The notes under the pieces were generated by a model that saw only the letters and a program-made list of their open reading frames with translations, was not told where the DNA came from and ran no database searches. Shown here piece by piece: positions 62,661 through 64,000 of a DNA stretch of 64,000 nucleotides (position 1 is the first letter of the stretch; each line of letters opens with the position of its first letter). Position numbers and translations under genes: made by a program. Origin of the DNA: Carcharhinus longimanus (taxonomy: Eukaryota); NCBI GenBank assembly GCA_030264375.1, contig JASCQW010000001.1, positions 68,080,035 to 68,144,034 on the forward strand. Direction: 5' to 3'.

Positions 62661-63649
62661 CCTCCCCCTTATTTAGGACTTCTGCAGTCCCAACAATGGC
62701 CACTGGTCCCAGTGGTGCTACTAGGACAGGAGAACTGCAGGCCATTTGGTGACTGGTGCTCTGGGAAGCAGGACATTCTCCCACGGCGGAGTTGAAGCCA
62801 CAACATTAATTACTTAGCCTGATGGGTATAAAATCAGGTTATGGATGCTGGCTCTGTGGAGGTTGGCTTTTCAAGTAATGAGCGGAGCCAATGCCAGAAA
62901 AATTTCTAGCCAATGGGTGAGCCAAAGCACTATTTTTACTGAAGCACTGATATAGCATTTTCTGTTTTTTTTCCATAACTTTTCTTCTTTTTGTCTCCTC
63001 CTCTTCTGGAGATTGTAGAATATGTTTTCCAGTGAGCAGAATTGGTCATGGTGATGTTGAATATGCAAGTAGGAGAATGGCAATCCCTTTTCCAGGATCC
63101 ACAGCCATTTCACAATAAGGTCTTTGTTGACATTGTGTGAAATGTCTGAGAGACTAGTGCAAATTAGTCAATTTTGATTTTCTGCTATTAATATCTAGCA
63201 CAATTCCTTAATTTTCTTGCTGGAAATGATGAATTAAACAAGTCACTGAGTTTTCATTTGCTAACTTGAGCACTTCCATTATTATCCCTATTGAAAACTA
63301 GAAGCAAAATGAAAGAGCACTACAATTGCTTTTTATTGTCAGCATTTCCTAACCTATGGGATGACTCAGGCCCTTACTCACAATGTATGCCATTTATTAA
63401 CTACAAGAAGGTTCTTGCTGTCAATGATCAGTGATCAGCAACAAAGGATCATCTGTGCCTGGAATCTCTTTCTAGGAAGCAGTCATGGTGATAGTTCTTT
63501 GTACGTGGGCTATTTGAAAGAGAAAGCAAACTGTTTGCCTGCAAGGATAGTGCACCTCTGTCTTATCATGCTATAGCAATTCACACAAGCACCAGCTCAA
63601 TGAAGGTGCAATGAGGCACAAGTGATGACAAAGTAATTATTTGGCACAT

Positions 63650-63990
63650 TGCATGCAGGTTGTCCAAAACCTGAGTCCTATTAAACACCATCCTTTGCTG
63701 ACCTGCATTTCTCCATCCTCCGAACCTTAAATTTAAAATTATCACCATCTTTAAATTTCTACAAACTTGCTCCTCTCTCTTTCTCTGTAATTTCCTCAAG
63801 CCCTATTACCCCACCCACAAAATCCTCAGGTTTTCTGATATTGGCTCCATTTATCCCATCTATCTACATTTCACTACATGCAAGGCCTCTCAAACTAGAT
63901 TACTCGCCACCCTCCCATGAACCTATTCTAACTCTCCTTTAAGACCCTCCTTAAGTCCATGGTTCAACTAAACTTTTGTTCACCCTTCCT
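63650..63990 (+). mobile_element. Old L2 3' fragment
   Basis: Degenerate HITP.LADLH..FKI.. pattern and CCTTTAAGACCCTCCTTAA. Confidence 0.5.
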
Positions 63991-64000
63991 AAACTTTCCT

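Overview
Vertebrate genomic DNA from a gapped draft assembly. The repeat content (CR1, Rex1/Babar, RTE, L2, V-SINE/HE1-like, Deu-domain SINE, Harbinger, Penelope ends) points to a cartilaginous fish, most likely a shark. Two host genes are divergently arranged, as in the conserved vertebrate MICU3-FGF20 block. One is the first coding exon of a probable MICU3 (minus strand, 25509-25784, in a CpG island; the rest of the gene runs off the left end). The other is a complete three-exon FGF20 (plus strand, 39097-39370, 41075-41178, 48294-48539; 207 aa). Most other sequence is decayed transposon DNA. The main non-routine observations are: (i) at least two families of 100-230 nt non-coding Penelope-type insertions carrying minimal hammerhead-ribozyme motifs, five with target-site duplications and several with inverted (fold-back) 5' segments; (ii) a tRNA-Gly(TCC) copy with a compensated acceptor stem abutting a young CR1 3' tail; (iii) a compact kappaB-like plus 3x TCF/LEF motif cluster and a motif-bearing minisatellite upstream of FGF20; (iv) an exact 23-nt direct repeat bracketing about 1.1 kb of the FGF20 3' UTR; (v) a 113-bp-arm inverted duplication of a Gypsy LTR/PBS junction. 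Repeat boundaries are approximate and were read by eye.
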